Shown piece after piece: positions 1-9,214 of a stretch of 64,000 nt of DNA; the first letter of the stretch is position 1; each line of letters starts with the position of its first letter. Source of the DNA: a virus. The DNA is taken from IMG/VR virus record IMGVR_UViG_3300042558_000825, positions 32,001 through 96,000 of that record. The stretch is one strand, 5' to 3'. The translations under genes were made by a program, and so were the position numbers. The notes under the pieces are model-generated. The model did no database searches. It was not told where the DNA came from and saw only the letters and a program-made list of their open reading frames with translations.

Positions 1-617
1 AACACCAACTCAACTAATCTATTACCTACTTTTTTATTTAATTCTTCTGTAAAATGATTGCTATACTCATTTCCTACCAAAGACATATCAACTAGATTTT
101 CTTTTACAGTCATACCGTTTTTAAATATATATCCATGATCAAAACACCGTAAGTGTATTACGCAGGGAATTTTATAAACTTCTACAAGATCATCTAATTC
201 TTTAAACCAAGAAACCATTGCCCATTTACAATAATCACGGGACCAAAGTTCTTCATAGTATAATTGTCCGGCTTTAGCAATTGCAAGATTTTTTATTGGA
301 TCAATGTGTGTTCCCTCAGGATTATAAAATTTACCATTCTGGACACTACGGGAAGTAAGCCCATAATCATAATCATTGGGTATCCTATTAGGTTCAGTAT
401 GGCATAATAGTAATACTTTTGGTACATGTAATTGTAATTCCTTTAATAGTCGTTTGCGTACGCTCCACCAAGAAGCTCCGGCAAATCCATATCCTCGAGT
501 TTTTTCATTGCTGTTGGATAATTTTTGAGAAACTATAAACGGCCAATGAGTCGGTAGTGATCGTAATTCGGCAAAACTATCACCTAAAATTAATATATCT
601 TTATGTTCAAATTTCAT
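1..617 (-). CDS. SGNH/GDSL-like hydrolase or acyltransferase (3' end runs off the window; missing from ORF track)
   Basis: Hand translation from ATG at 617: MKFEHKDILILGDSFAELRS...GFAGASWW...YSNHFTEELNKKVG, open to the window edge. It has the GDS(F) block-I motif and a late N-H motif, and starts 3 nt after the stop of the upstream radical SAM gene. Confidence 0.65.
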   Translation of the reverse strand, partial: MKFEHKDILILGDSFAELRSLPTHWPFIVSQKLSNSNEKTRGYGFAGASWWSVRKRLLKELQLHVPKVLLLCHTEPNRIPNDYDYGLTSRSVQNGKFYNPEGTHIDPIKNLAIAKAGQLYYEELWSRDYCKWAMVSWFKELDDLVEVYKIPCVIHLRCFDHGYIFKNGMTVKENLVDMSLVGNEYSNHFTEELNKKVGNRLVELV

Positions 618-619
618 TT

Positions 620-1714
620 TTAACCAATAATTGGAATCTTTTGATTCACATCTCTATTTTGAGAACCTATAAAATTAAGTTCTCCGCAAATTGCACTGCA
701 TCTTTCCAATCTAATATCAGAATTAAAAGATTTGTCTAATATACTAAACCAAGGACCGTTTACAATATCATGCAATTTAGTGTGATGTATGTTAGCAAGA
801 TGCTTTCCGCCAATTGTATCCCACATTGACTGCATCATATATTTATCTGAATGCGATTCTGCTTCTATTCCGTAAAGTCTATCTTGCAACCAACCACATG
901 GAAATACATTACCGTCTGCACTTATATAAATATGATTTGTTTTCTGTGAATGGCACTCAACTATAGTATTACCAAGATATTGTTTTATAGACCCGTGTTC
1001 AGTTGCAATCTTCTTTTGGTCTACATAAATCATATTTTGATAATCTACATTAGTAGGTAATTCTAAATAGCGTTCTACTACACCTTGTTTATTTTTCACA
1101 GGCCATTGCATAATGAATTCGTGTTTCTTATTGAAGAATCTAGCTGTATATTTTACTCTAAATTCTTTGAAACCTAACTGACTACTTAATTCTCTCGCTT
1201 TATCAACTTGATGTTCATTGTGTCTAAAAATTATAAAATCCCATATAGCTGTGCCACCGTTGTCAATATATATTTTTACATTTTTTATTATCTTTTGCCA
1301 ATTAGTATCGACCCTATATAAATGGTTAGTATCTTCTAATCCATCTATACCGAAACCAATCCAATCTACATATTTGCCTGCTTCTTTCCAAAATGATTTA
1401 GTTTGTAAGCTGCCATTGGTATGCAACGCTACTACTAATTTGGGATTAACTTCTTTTAACCATTGACATATACGTATTAAATCTTTATTCATACAAGGAT
1501 CACCGTATGTTCCACAGAAATAAACTTCTTCTAATTGCTTAATAAACTCAACAGGTAATATAGATTTTGCTGTTTCTAATGTTACATTTATCAACGGCAG
1601 ACTTGATACAGTTGCGCCACCGTAATCATTACGGGGGCATTGCGGGCATCGTGCATTGCAATGAGTAGATATTTCCCACTCAATCTTTTTAATATTGTTA
1701 TAATTAAATGGCAT
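620..1714 (-). CDS. Radical SAM protein with C-terminal SPASM/twitch-like domain
   Basis: CNARCPQC (CxxxCxxC) motif, YGDP, HTNG and GIDG core motifs; C-terminal C..ISADGNVFPC..CSAIC. Confidence 0.9.
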   Translation of the reverse strand: MPFNYNNIKKIEWEISTHCNARCPQCPRNDYGGATVSSLPLINVTLETAKSILPVEFIKQLEEVYFCGTYGDPCMNKDLIRICQWLKEVNPKLVVALHTNGSLQTKSFWKEAGKYVDWIGFGIDGLEDTNHLYRVDTNWQKIIKNVKIYIDNGGTAIWDFIIFRHNEHQVDKARELSSQLGFKEFRVKYTARFFNKKHEFIMQWPVKNKQGVVERYLELPTNVDYQNMIYVDQKKIATEHGSIKQYLGNTIVECHSQKTNHIYISADGNVFPCGWLQDRLYGIEAESHSDKYMMQSMWDTIGGKHLANIHHTKLHDIVNGPWFSILDKSFNSDIRLERCSAICGELNFIGSQNRDVNQKIPIIG

Positions 1715-2552
1715 GTTCTAATAACCTTGAAATACAAACTCTATTTACTATACCACCTCGGTTATAATCACTGAATGAATTATCCCCTAAACCAAATATT
1801 ACACAATCTGTTTGTTGAAGATTGTGTGTTTCACATACAGTTTTATACGTTTTTCCATAAGTGTCCCAATTATAATCTGCAGAAAAAGTATTCATTAATG
1901 CTATTGCTAATTGCATAGGTATTTTTGGAGTCATATCTACAGAATTGTATATATCAATTCCATCATCATTGTCATATCGTTGATAACGTATTCCACAACG
2001 CAACCACTGAGCACCATCAAATGCTTTACTTAGACTAAAACAAATGGTATCAATACATGTATAATTCAAATTTAAATTGATATTCTTAGTTATAGGATAA
2101 TAGGCCATGTCTAATAATACAGGTATGCCTAAATCTTCACACTTATCTAGCAACGAGTTCAACTCGGTATGCATAGAACCGGTATCACTAAACGGTACTG
2201 ATATAATCAGTGCATCACCGATCATTAACTGCTCAGTATTTAGCCATTCCCAGTTGAGATTGTGTTTCATTGATGCTCGGTGGTACATGAACTCACCTTG
2301 AAAAAATCTAAAACGTAGTTTGTTATATTTTAAATAAAAATGATCAAATGCTTGAATAGTACCACTTATAAACTTTTTATTTGTGTAAGACTCTATGTTC
2401 TCTAAATGATTATTTTTACTAGCTTTGATCCATTTGTCAAACACATCAATATAAGTATCATATACACTTAGTGTGGCATCAGTTTTTGTTGAATTAATTA
2501 ATTTTACTACATGCTTATTTGGTACAGGAATAGCGTTCTTATTAAACATCAT
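1704..2552 (-). CDS. PLP-dependent aminotransferase-like protein (fold type I)
   Basis: LLDMAY (D-x-A-Y), FSLSKAF (S-x-S-K Schiff-base Lys) and LRCG motifs in the order expected for class I/II aminotransferases. Confidence 0.7.
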   Translation of the reverse strand: MMFNKNAIPVPNKHVVKLINSTKTDATLSVYDTYIDVFDKWIKASKNNHLENIESYTNKKFISGTIQAFDHFYLKYNKLRFRFFQGEFMYHRASMKHNLNWEWLNTEQLMIGDALIISVPFSDTGSMHTELNSLLDKCEDLGIPVLLDMAYYPITKNINLNLNYTCIDTICFSLSKAFDGAQWLRCGIRYQRYDNDDGIDIYNSVDMTPKIPMQLAIALMNTFSADYNWDTYGKTYKTVCETHNLQQTDCVIFGLGDNSFSDYNRGGIVNRVCISRLLEHAI

Positions 2553-3804
2553 TTAAAATCCTATAGTAATCTGCATACAACTCAGCAAATTTGATAGGTC
2601 TAATAGAATCTAATTTATTGATATAGTCCATAAAAGCCGCGAACTTACTACTTTCATCAACACTATTCATGTATTCAATCTGAGATTTGATTCTATTTTT
2701 CCATCGTTCGTTGTTATTTAACTCAGTAAATGATTCCCAATGTTGAATAATTTTATTTTTAACTTGCACAGGTAATACAGTTGTAGACATATATTTAGGC
2801 CAATGAGTCGTACCAATGGACATTAATCCCTGGTTACGTTTACATATCTTTTTCCAATCGCGGCCTATAATACTTTGTGCAAAATCAGGTATATAATATA
2901 TATTCATGGCATGCACTGTGGTTAATAGGCTAACTACAATGTTATTTCCAGTTTCGTCTAACCTATCAAGATTTTTTGAAATTACATTCCAATCAGCAGG
3001 ATATCTAATGTAATCATTACGGGTACCCCAATCATCTAAACTAACCATGATTTCTACTTCTTTAAAGTTATTCCATAACTCAATAAACTTCTCATTCAGT
3101 ATAGTACCGTTAGTATGGTAACGTAATTCAATATTTTTGCTAGCACCGGACTCTACTAATTTAGTAATGAATCTTTCGTGGTCTTTAATTAATAATGGTT
3201 CACCGCCACCGAAGATAATATGTCTAATGTCACCTATAAACTCATCTAATGAATTTTGTGTTTCTAATCTTTCAAACCAATCAAAACAATCAGTAGTAGT
3301 GATACTATTTGCTTTGTACTGCCAATCTCCTTTAGCTTCATGGTTAACTAAAATAGTAGATAATTTCTTACTATCTTGTAGCCACTTACTACTATCTCTA
3401 GGACGACACATTACACATTGTAAGTTACATGTGTTTCCTAATCGTAAATCTAATGATAAGGGTTTGAAATCTACACTACCGTCTGGGTTAGTTGATGTGA
3501 TCAATTGTTCAATGTATTCAGTGCTTATTTTACGTTGCCATAAGCCATTTTCTATTATTCTATGACTTCTAATGCCACTAGCTTCTTCTTTCCAACAGCT
3601 ATTACATTGCGGTATCTTTTCACCGGCTAAAAATTTTAGTCTAGCGGATTTGAATTGTTCGCTGTTCCATACTTCACTGGGAGTTTGTTGATTAAGATTT
3701 AATCCAACCTCAGGTGATGCAATGCAACAGAGCGGTACATTGCCATCGTTCCAGCTAGCTAAATGAATCCAGGGCTGGATACAAAAGTTTTCGTTATCAA
3801 TCAT
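2542..3804 (-). CDS. Radical SAM protein with N-terminal twitch-like domain
   Basis: N-terminal CIQPW..GNVPLCC..CNSC; core CNLQCVMC, GGEP, HTNG, SLD. Confidence 0.9.
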   Translation of the reverse strand: MIDNENFCIQPWIHLASWNDGNVPLCCIASPEVGLNLNQQTPSEVWNSEQFKSARLKFLAGEKIPQCNSCWKEEASGIRSHRIIENGLWQRKISTEYIEQLITSTNPDGSVDFKPLSLDLRLGNTCNLQCVMCRPRDSSKWLQDSKKLSTILVNHEAKGDWQYKANSITTTDCFDWFERLETQNSLDEFIGDIRHIIFGGGEPLLIKDHERFITKLVESGASKNIELRYHTNGTILNEKFIELWNNFKEVEIMVSLDDWGTRNDYIRYPADWNVISKNLDRLDETGNNIVVSLLTTVHAMNIYYIPDFAQSIIGRDWKKICKRNQGLMSIGTTHWPKYMSTTVLPVQVKNKIIQHWESFTELNNNERWKNRIKSQIEYMNSVDESSKFAAFMDYINKLDSIRPIKFAELYADYYRILNDV

Positions 3805-5095
3805 TCATAAGCCCTGCTATTCTAGGGTCTAAATCTTTAATAGTTTGATTTCTATGTTGGTCAAGACTTAAGGTAAACGTCCTAAAGCGTTCTACTTCTT
3901 CTTTCCAATTTTCTGTTCTAGGTTGTTGCAATAATCCTATTATTCCGTTTAAACTATTCATGGTCATATGATTATGAACCTGCATATAATTATCTCTATA
4001 AGCAACTAACTCATCTAATGCTTCTTTTTTAAGTTCATTTGGTAATATATTTACATTTAAATGATGAGGATGAGTATTCACTAAAAAATCTATAAAGCTA
4101 TTTTTATTAAATTTGTTATTTAAATCCTCTACCCATTTAATGATGTTAACCAAATCAAACACATTATATACTTGTACTGTAGGGGTAATGCCTAAATGTA
4201 CATTTGGCATCTGTGCTAATTTTTCAATATTACTGCTAATCTGTGTCCAATCGCTAGGTGCACGGATATATTCATTTACTATACCCACACCGTCTAAACT
4301 AGCATTAATATTAACAGTATCAAACTGACTAATTAATTCTAAAAAGTTCTTATTGATATTGGTACAATTTGTATTGAAAAACAACACAATATCTTTTCTT
4401 CCCTGCTCAATACAACTTTTCATAAATTTAAAGTTGTTCTTAATTAATGTAGGTTCTCCACCAGTCATATACACTTTTTTAAGATGAGGGATCAGACTAA
4501 TAACTTGATCCCACATTATGTCATGGTCAAACCATTGTTGATCATCCATTACATTAGTAGGGAATTTACCAAATGTTTTTTTCCAAACATCCGTATATGC
4601 AGTATTATTCTCAGCAATTTCTATATGTTCTTTAAAAATTTGACTGCTATTCCAGGGATTGCACATCCTACATTTAAGATTACATAGATTACCTAATCTT
4701 AAATCTAGGTACACTAATTCGTCATCTAACTTGCCATCGTTTTTTATAGCTTGCTGAACCCGATCATTTAATTTTTCTTTGCCTAAACGCCATTGCCATT
4801 CGTTAATAGAATGCTGTCTATTACTAGTCCTACCATTTTCTTCTTGCATGTAGCAGACAGCACATCCTTCAATCTTATCACCGGCTATCATAGACTTACG
4901 AATGTTTTGCATATCTTTGCTATTCCATGCATCGTGTATGAAATTGTCTTTGCATGTATAAAATGATTTATTATCTTCTTTTTTTAATTTGTTATGTGAA
5001 CCTTTAACCATACAACAGTATCTAACCGTCGTATCAGTATTGACCATAATACTAACAAACGGGACAGCACAAAAGCTTTTATTATTTTTATCCAT
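3797..5095 (-). CDS. Radical SAM protein with N-terminal twitch-like domain (paralogue of 2542-3804)
   Basis: CAVPF..VRYCC..CAVC, then CNLKCRMC, GGEP, SLDG. Start placed at ATG 5095, which overlaps the upstream stop (TAATG); ORF track starts at 5101. Confidence 0.9.
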   Translation of the reverse strand: MDKNNKSFCAVPFVSIMVNTDTTVRYCCMVKGSHNKLKKEDNKSFYTCKDNFIHDAWNSKDMQNIRKSMIAGDKIEGCAVCYMQEENGRTSNRQHSINEWQWRLGKEKLNDRVQQAIKNDGKLDDELVYLDLRLGNLCNLKCRMCNPWNSSQIFKEHIEIAENNTAYTDVWKKTFGKFPTNVMDDQQWFDHDIMWDQVISLIPHLKKVYMTGGEPTLIKNNFKFMKSCIEQGRKDIVLFFNTNCTNINKNFLELISQFDTVNINASLDGVGIVNEYIRAPSDWTQISSNIEKLAQMPNVHLGITPTVQVYNVFDLVNIIKWVEDLNNKFNKNSFIDFLVNTHPHHLNVNILPNELKKEALDELVAYRDNYMQVHNHMTMNSLNGIIGLLQQPRTENWKEEVERFRTFTLSLDQHRNQTIKDLDPRIAGLMND

Positions 5096-6048
5096 TACCA
5101 ACCTTCAATCTTTCTAATTACATCCATCTCAGTTACTAAAGGACCACGATTGTATTTGTCTGCACCGTAATGACGTTTAAAAAATTTACTTTGCAGACTA
5201 TCCAATGTAGCCATTGGCAGTCCTAGTTTATCATGTAGTGCGGCTCCTAGTAACGCTGATTCACGCACAGGATTTCTATTTACATGTTCTTCCCACAATG
5301 TAATATAGTTATCAAACCATTGAACATTAGTGTGATCCCATTGAGTAAGCATGGTCATGTATGTGCCTAGACGTGCGCCGTATATTGCCCATTCACCGTT
5401 CTCAACATCCATACCAACATTATGCCATATGGTCAGATTGTCTAAGTTACGACTTGCTACTGTTTCTTTAAATTGATCCACAGTAGGACGAGCACCTCTA
5501 TCTAAACTCATCTTAACACCTTCACGAAAGCCGGCACGCCATGCTTGAAATGGTGTCATGTTTGGATATGTAGTTGAATAGCAATCCCACATTGCCCAAT
5601 ATAAATTGTCATCTCCGCCCATACAGAAGTCAGCAATACGTGATACGTCACCGTCTTTTTGATGTTCGTGTGTTTTCATATTGGCAACATATTCTTTAGT
5701 CCAACTACTCATGCCACCATTGCCGTAACGTAGTCCGTTAATGTTGTTAATTGCTTTCCAACGAAACTGTGCTCGTTTGAATGATTCATCCTTACCAGTA
5801 AAGTCTAACTGAATGTTGAAGAAACTTTCTTCTGGCATGTTGTCTCCGTCAATTAGAATAAAACGTTCGGTATCACTTGCTTCACCTGCGGCTTTATGTG
5901 CGGCGTCACTACCTTTAACACTATCAACACGTTTAGCCCATGGCACCATATTTTTTATTCTAAGCCAAAATTCTTCTTTTTGTGGTTCATCATAACTGAG
6001 GTAGATGCAGTCTAAATCGGCTACATCAACGATATCATCAGAGTTCAT
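5095..6048 (-). CDS. Glycosyltransferase-like protein (GT-A fold)
   Basis: YLSYDEP..VKGSDAAHKAA..FILIDGDN (DxD after a hydrophobic strand); YGNGG and AWRAGFREGVK segments. Confidence 0.7.
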   Translation of the reverse strand: MNSDDIVDVADLDCIYLSYDEPQKEEFWLRIKNMVPWAKRVDSVKGSDAAHKAAGEASDTERFILIDGDNMPEESFFNIQLDFTGKDESFKRAQFRWKAINNINGLRYGNGGMSSWTKEYVANMKTHEHQKDGDVSRIADFCMGGDDNLYWAMWDCYSTTYPNMTPFQAWRAGFREGVKMSLDRGARPTVDQFKETVASRNLDNLTIWHNVGMDVENGEWAIYGARLGTYMTMLTQWDHTNVQWFDNYITLWEEHVNRNPVRESALLGAALHDKLGLPMATLDSLQSKFFKRHYGADKYNRGPLVTEMDVIRKIEGW

Positions 6049-6364
6049 ATGTTTTTAATTTCCATTTAGTTATGTTATTATAAGGACTATCTACTACGAT
6101 ACTTAAATCTTCGCTTGCACATTTAGTACCATTGTCATCATGTATTAATTTAGACACAATCGTTCCTGTTCTATAACCGGCTATTTTGCCATCAATAACT
6201 TTGATGTCAGGCCTCCCTCGGGCATATGTGTCAGTATCTATTACAATATAGTTACCTTCAGGTTTTTCGCACGTGTAAAATAACACATTACCACGTTCAT
6301 CATAATATAATCTGAACTCGGGTTTAATGATAGGAGGAGCCTCCCAAATTATAAACTCTTCCAT
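6038..6364 (-). CDS. Hypothetical protein
   Basis: 108-aa ORF abutting or overlapping both neighbours in the operon. Confidence 0.75.
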   Translation of the reverse strand: MEEFIIWEAPPIIKPEFRLYYDERGNVLFYTCEKPEGNYIVIDTDTYARGRPDIKVIDGKIAGYRTGTIVSKLIHDDNGTKCASEDLSIVVDSPYNNITKWKLKTYEL

Positions 6365-7111
6365 TTAATAACTTTCTAATATTTTATCACTAAATGTTTT
6401 AATATGATAGTGAAACGGATACTCTTGTGGATAAGTATTGATTCTAATTAGTTTTGGCAATACTTCATATACCAATGTTTTAGTCCAATCTTCACTGGGT
6501 ATACCATTTACATATTGTTTCATATGTATCATACTCATCTCATCAAAGTTGGGTAATGTGGTTTTTTCTACTCCGACAATATGACAAGCCATGGCATATA
6601 CCCAATCAGTTGATACTTCTTCATTAGGATTACATTTAATTATAGATTTATACTCTTCCCAATTCTCAAAAATATCTCTTACTATTGTGTAAAATAACTT
6701 TGCTGTTTCTGATTTTTTAAAATATGTTATACTATTATATGTGTCAGGCAGCATATTTTCATCAATGAATTTTCTATACACTCTAATGTCAGATAATTCA
6801 CCTTTAAAATTTCTGATTTTGGTTGAAACAACTACATCGTTAACATTTAATATCTCCCACCAGTGTTCAATACTACGTGGGATAATCATATCAGCTTCTA
6901 ATTTAATAGTTTCATCATAAGGACTACATTCATAAACTTGCCAATCATTGTGATAGCCTCCCAAATTACCATGTGGTAACATATCACTAGTGATAATGGT
7001 TACATTACTATTAGGCATAACCTTTTTGATGCTCAACTCTAATGCTTTAGCACAGTTAGTATAACTGATTTTATCAGTGTCTTGTGCCATTATTACAAAA
7101 CCTCTGGTCAT
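6365..7111 (-). CDS. Glycosyltransferase-like protein (GT8/mannosyltransferase-like; EAD in place of DxD)
   Basis: SPYDETIKLEAD motif; aligns by eye with the neighbouring 7108-7911 protein. Confidence 0.65.
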   Translation of the reverse strand: MTRGFVIMAQDTDKISYTNCAKALELSIKKVMPNSNVTIITSDMLPHGNLGGYHNDWQVYECSPYDETIKLEADMIIPRSIEHWWEILNVNDVVVSTKIRNFKGELSDIRVYRKFIDENMLPDTYNSITYFKKSETAKLFYTIVRDIFENWEEYKSIIKCNPNEEVSTDWVYAMACHIVGVEKTTLPNFDEMSMIHMKQYVNGIPSEDWTKTLVYEVLPKLIRINTYPQEYPFHYHIKTFSDKILESY

Positions 7112-7911
7112 GCTATTAACTCCATAAAATTACTTTTATTCATAACATGAAAATCCATATCTTTAACTGTTATATATTCTTTACGTATTTTACCACGTTG
7201 CCAACTATCATACATTACTGTATATTCAGTATTAAATTCTGTATCGTTGTTCCTATATATACTTGTGTTTTTTCCCACATGTACTAAGTTCCAGGGGATA
7301 ATGTCTCTTGTATTATCACTATGTCCATTTGCAATACGTAATGCAAGTGTTAGTGCATAGTCATTACGATATACTCCACCTACAAAACTGTGTATATCAC
7401 AATAATGGTCATAATTCTTTTGTACCATTTCTAAACATTCAAAAATTTGTTTAGCCCTATTTGTCTTTTTAAAGGTAACTGCTGTAGCCCATAATGTTTT
7501 AAAACTATATGCACTTAATACTTCCTGTGCTACCCCCGGTTGCATCAAATAACTAGTAGTATCATGGCAACAAAAGTCATCATATATGTTAAATGTTCTT
7601 AACAGTTTATCTGAATTAACCATATAATCAGTATCTAACAATATAGTTTCGTCATATGGACTAAGTCCATATGCTTGATATCTCCCTTTATTAATCCAAA
7701 TATCATGTTCACGTATGTTGTTTTTATCAGCATTAGTAACTATAACTTTGTCAAAGGTATATTGTTGTATAGAGGGTAGTGATTCTTCATCCGTAACTAG
7801 TGTTACTGGAAGATTTAAAAAATAATTAATGCGTTTAGCAGTAGCTACTGCCATTTTATAGTAATTGAACTTTGGGGAGTTAAACGCAAATAATATTGCA
7901 CCTTTGCTCAT
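7108..7911 (-). CDS. Glycosyltransferase-like protein (GT8/mannosyltransferase-like)
   Basis: SPYDETILLDTD (DxD), YRNDYA and C-terminal HVMNK motifs. Confidence 0.7.
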   Translation of the reverse strand: MSKGAILFAFNSPKFNYYKMAVATAKRINYFLNLPVTLVTDEESLPSIQQYTFDKVIVTNADKNNIREHDIWINKGRYQAYGLSPYDETILLDTDYMVNSDKLLRTFNIYDDFCCHDTTSYLMQPGVAQEVLSAYSFKTLWATAVTFKKTNRAKQIFECLEMVQKNYDHYCDIHSFVGGVYRNDYALTLALRIANGHSDNTRDIIPWNLVHVGKNTSIYRNNDTEFNTEYTVMYDSWQRGKIRKEYITVKDMDFHVMNKSNFMELIA

Positions 7912-8213
7912 CGGTTAGTCTCTACTTCTTTCCATTCTTTATACCATTCTAACATAACTTTACTGTATGTCTCTTTTAGTAAAGATAGTAATTGGTCACG
8001 TTTAACTTGTACTGGATTATCAAAGTTATCAATAAGAATTACAAAGTTATCATCCATTGCATTTAAAAAGGCAATGAACTCAGGGGTAGCTTTCCAAAGC
8101 CCACCTTGTTCGGCAATGATAAATTTGCCATCGTATTTGTCTTTGAGTTGCGCTTTTGCGCTATTGTGATTGAAGCGGGCTTTAGCCTCGCTGATTAAGG
8201 TTTTGGTATCCAT
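7908..8213 (-). CDS. Hypothetical protein, first gene of the modification operon
   Basis: ATG at 8213 is preceded by AGGAG and by TAAATA at 8229-8234; ORF track starts at GTG 8219. Confidence 0.75.
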   Translation of the reverse strand: MDTKTLISEAKARFNHNSAKAQLKDKYDGKFIIAEQGGLWKATPEFIAFLNAMDDNFVILIDNFDNPVQVKRDQLLSLLKETYSKVMLEWYKEWKEVETNR

Positions 8214-8228
8214 AAACACTCCTGAAAG

Positions 8229-8234
8229 TATTTA
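8229..8234 (-). promoter_or_regulatory. Putative late promoter (TAAATA)
   Basis: Core of the T4 gp55-dependent TATAAATA box; the same hexamer sits just upstream of most structural genes in this window. Confidence 0.65.
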
Positions 8235-8260
8235 GATGAATACAGTACTGTTGTGAAATT

Positions 8261-9211
8261 TTAAGATCCTGAGCTGGTACCTGCAATTGAAATACTACCC
8301 CATGTATTAGAAAGATATGTTGTTTCCGGTGGTCTGACTGTGACAGTAGTTGCGGAGCCAGTTGTTACAGTTAATCCATTTGGTATTTCATCCCACACAG
8401 TATAAATTGTAATAATATTACCTTTATCTCCATTAGATCCAACCGTACCATTAGTCTTTACAAATATATTAATATTTGTACTTAGATAGCCGGCCGGGCC
8501 GGTTGAAGCTGTTTGATAAAATACATTTGCATTAGCAGTTGTCCAAGCATAGTAACCACTATTAGTACTAATAGTAGGTGTACTACCACCTCCACCTATT
8601 TTAGTTACACCATTGTACGATGTACCCGTAACAGTTACAGCACCCGAAGTAGGAGCACTCAATACTACCGTACCGACGTTACTAGCTAACCCGTTTAACA
8701 ATAAATTAATACCGGTGCCACTGGGATGTGTACAAGTAATTGCAAGTTGACCGCCTGAGTTAAAGAAGTATCTAGTTGCATCGCCATTGGCAAAAGTAAC
8801 AGTGTGTGTAAATGTAACTGCATTAATCCATGTACTGCCATACGTGGCAGTATTTGCAGTAGTTCCACTTTGTGATACTGCATTTAATCTGTTAGTGTAA
8901 ATTGTTTGTAAATTAGTAACAACGTTTGCGTTATATGTAATTGTATTTCCTGCAGAAGGTGCAGTGACACTAGTAATACTTGAGCTTTGATGTGACGCTG
9001 AGTTTGCAGTTTTAGTAATCAAATTAGCCCATTTTGCAGCGGTTACAGTATCACCGACAGCTACATTAGCCTCAGCCGTTTGTCCATACCCTGAGGCTGC
9101 AGAACCAATTGACCAAACTGCATTTAATGTATTAGCTGTAGCACCGGGCGATGCCCCCACAAAACCATTGTAGTCTGAAGCTTGGATTGTTCCATATTGT
9201 GCGTAACTCAT
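8261..9211 (-). CDS. Putative virion structural (tail/baseplate-associated) protein
   Basis: Thr/Gly/Ser/Asn-rich 316-aa ORF directly downstream of a fibre gene; YFFNSGG motif. Confidence 0.6.
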   Translation of the reverse strand: MSYAQYGTIQASDYNGFVGASPGATANTLNAVWSIGSAASGYGQTAEANVAVGDTVTAAKWANLITKTANSASHQSSSITSVTAPSAGNTITYNANVVTNLQTIYTNRLNAVSQSGTTANTATYGSTWINAVTFTHTVTFANGDATRYFFNSGGQLAITCTHPSGTGINLLLNGLASNVGTVVLSAPTSGAVTVTGTSYNGVTKIGGGGSTPTISTNSGYYAWTTANANVFYQTASTGPAGYLSTNINIFVKTNGTVGSNGDKGNIITIYTVWDEIPNGLTVTTGSATTVTVRPPETTYLSNTWGSISIAGTSSGS

Positions 9212-9214
9212 CTT

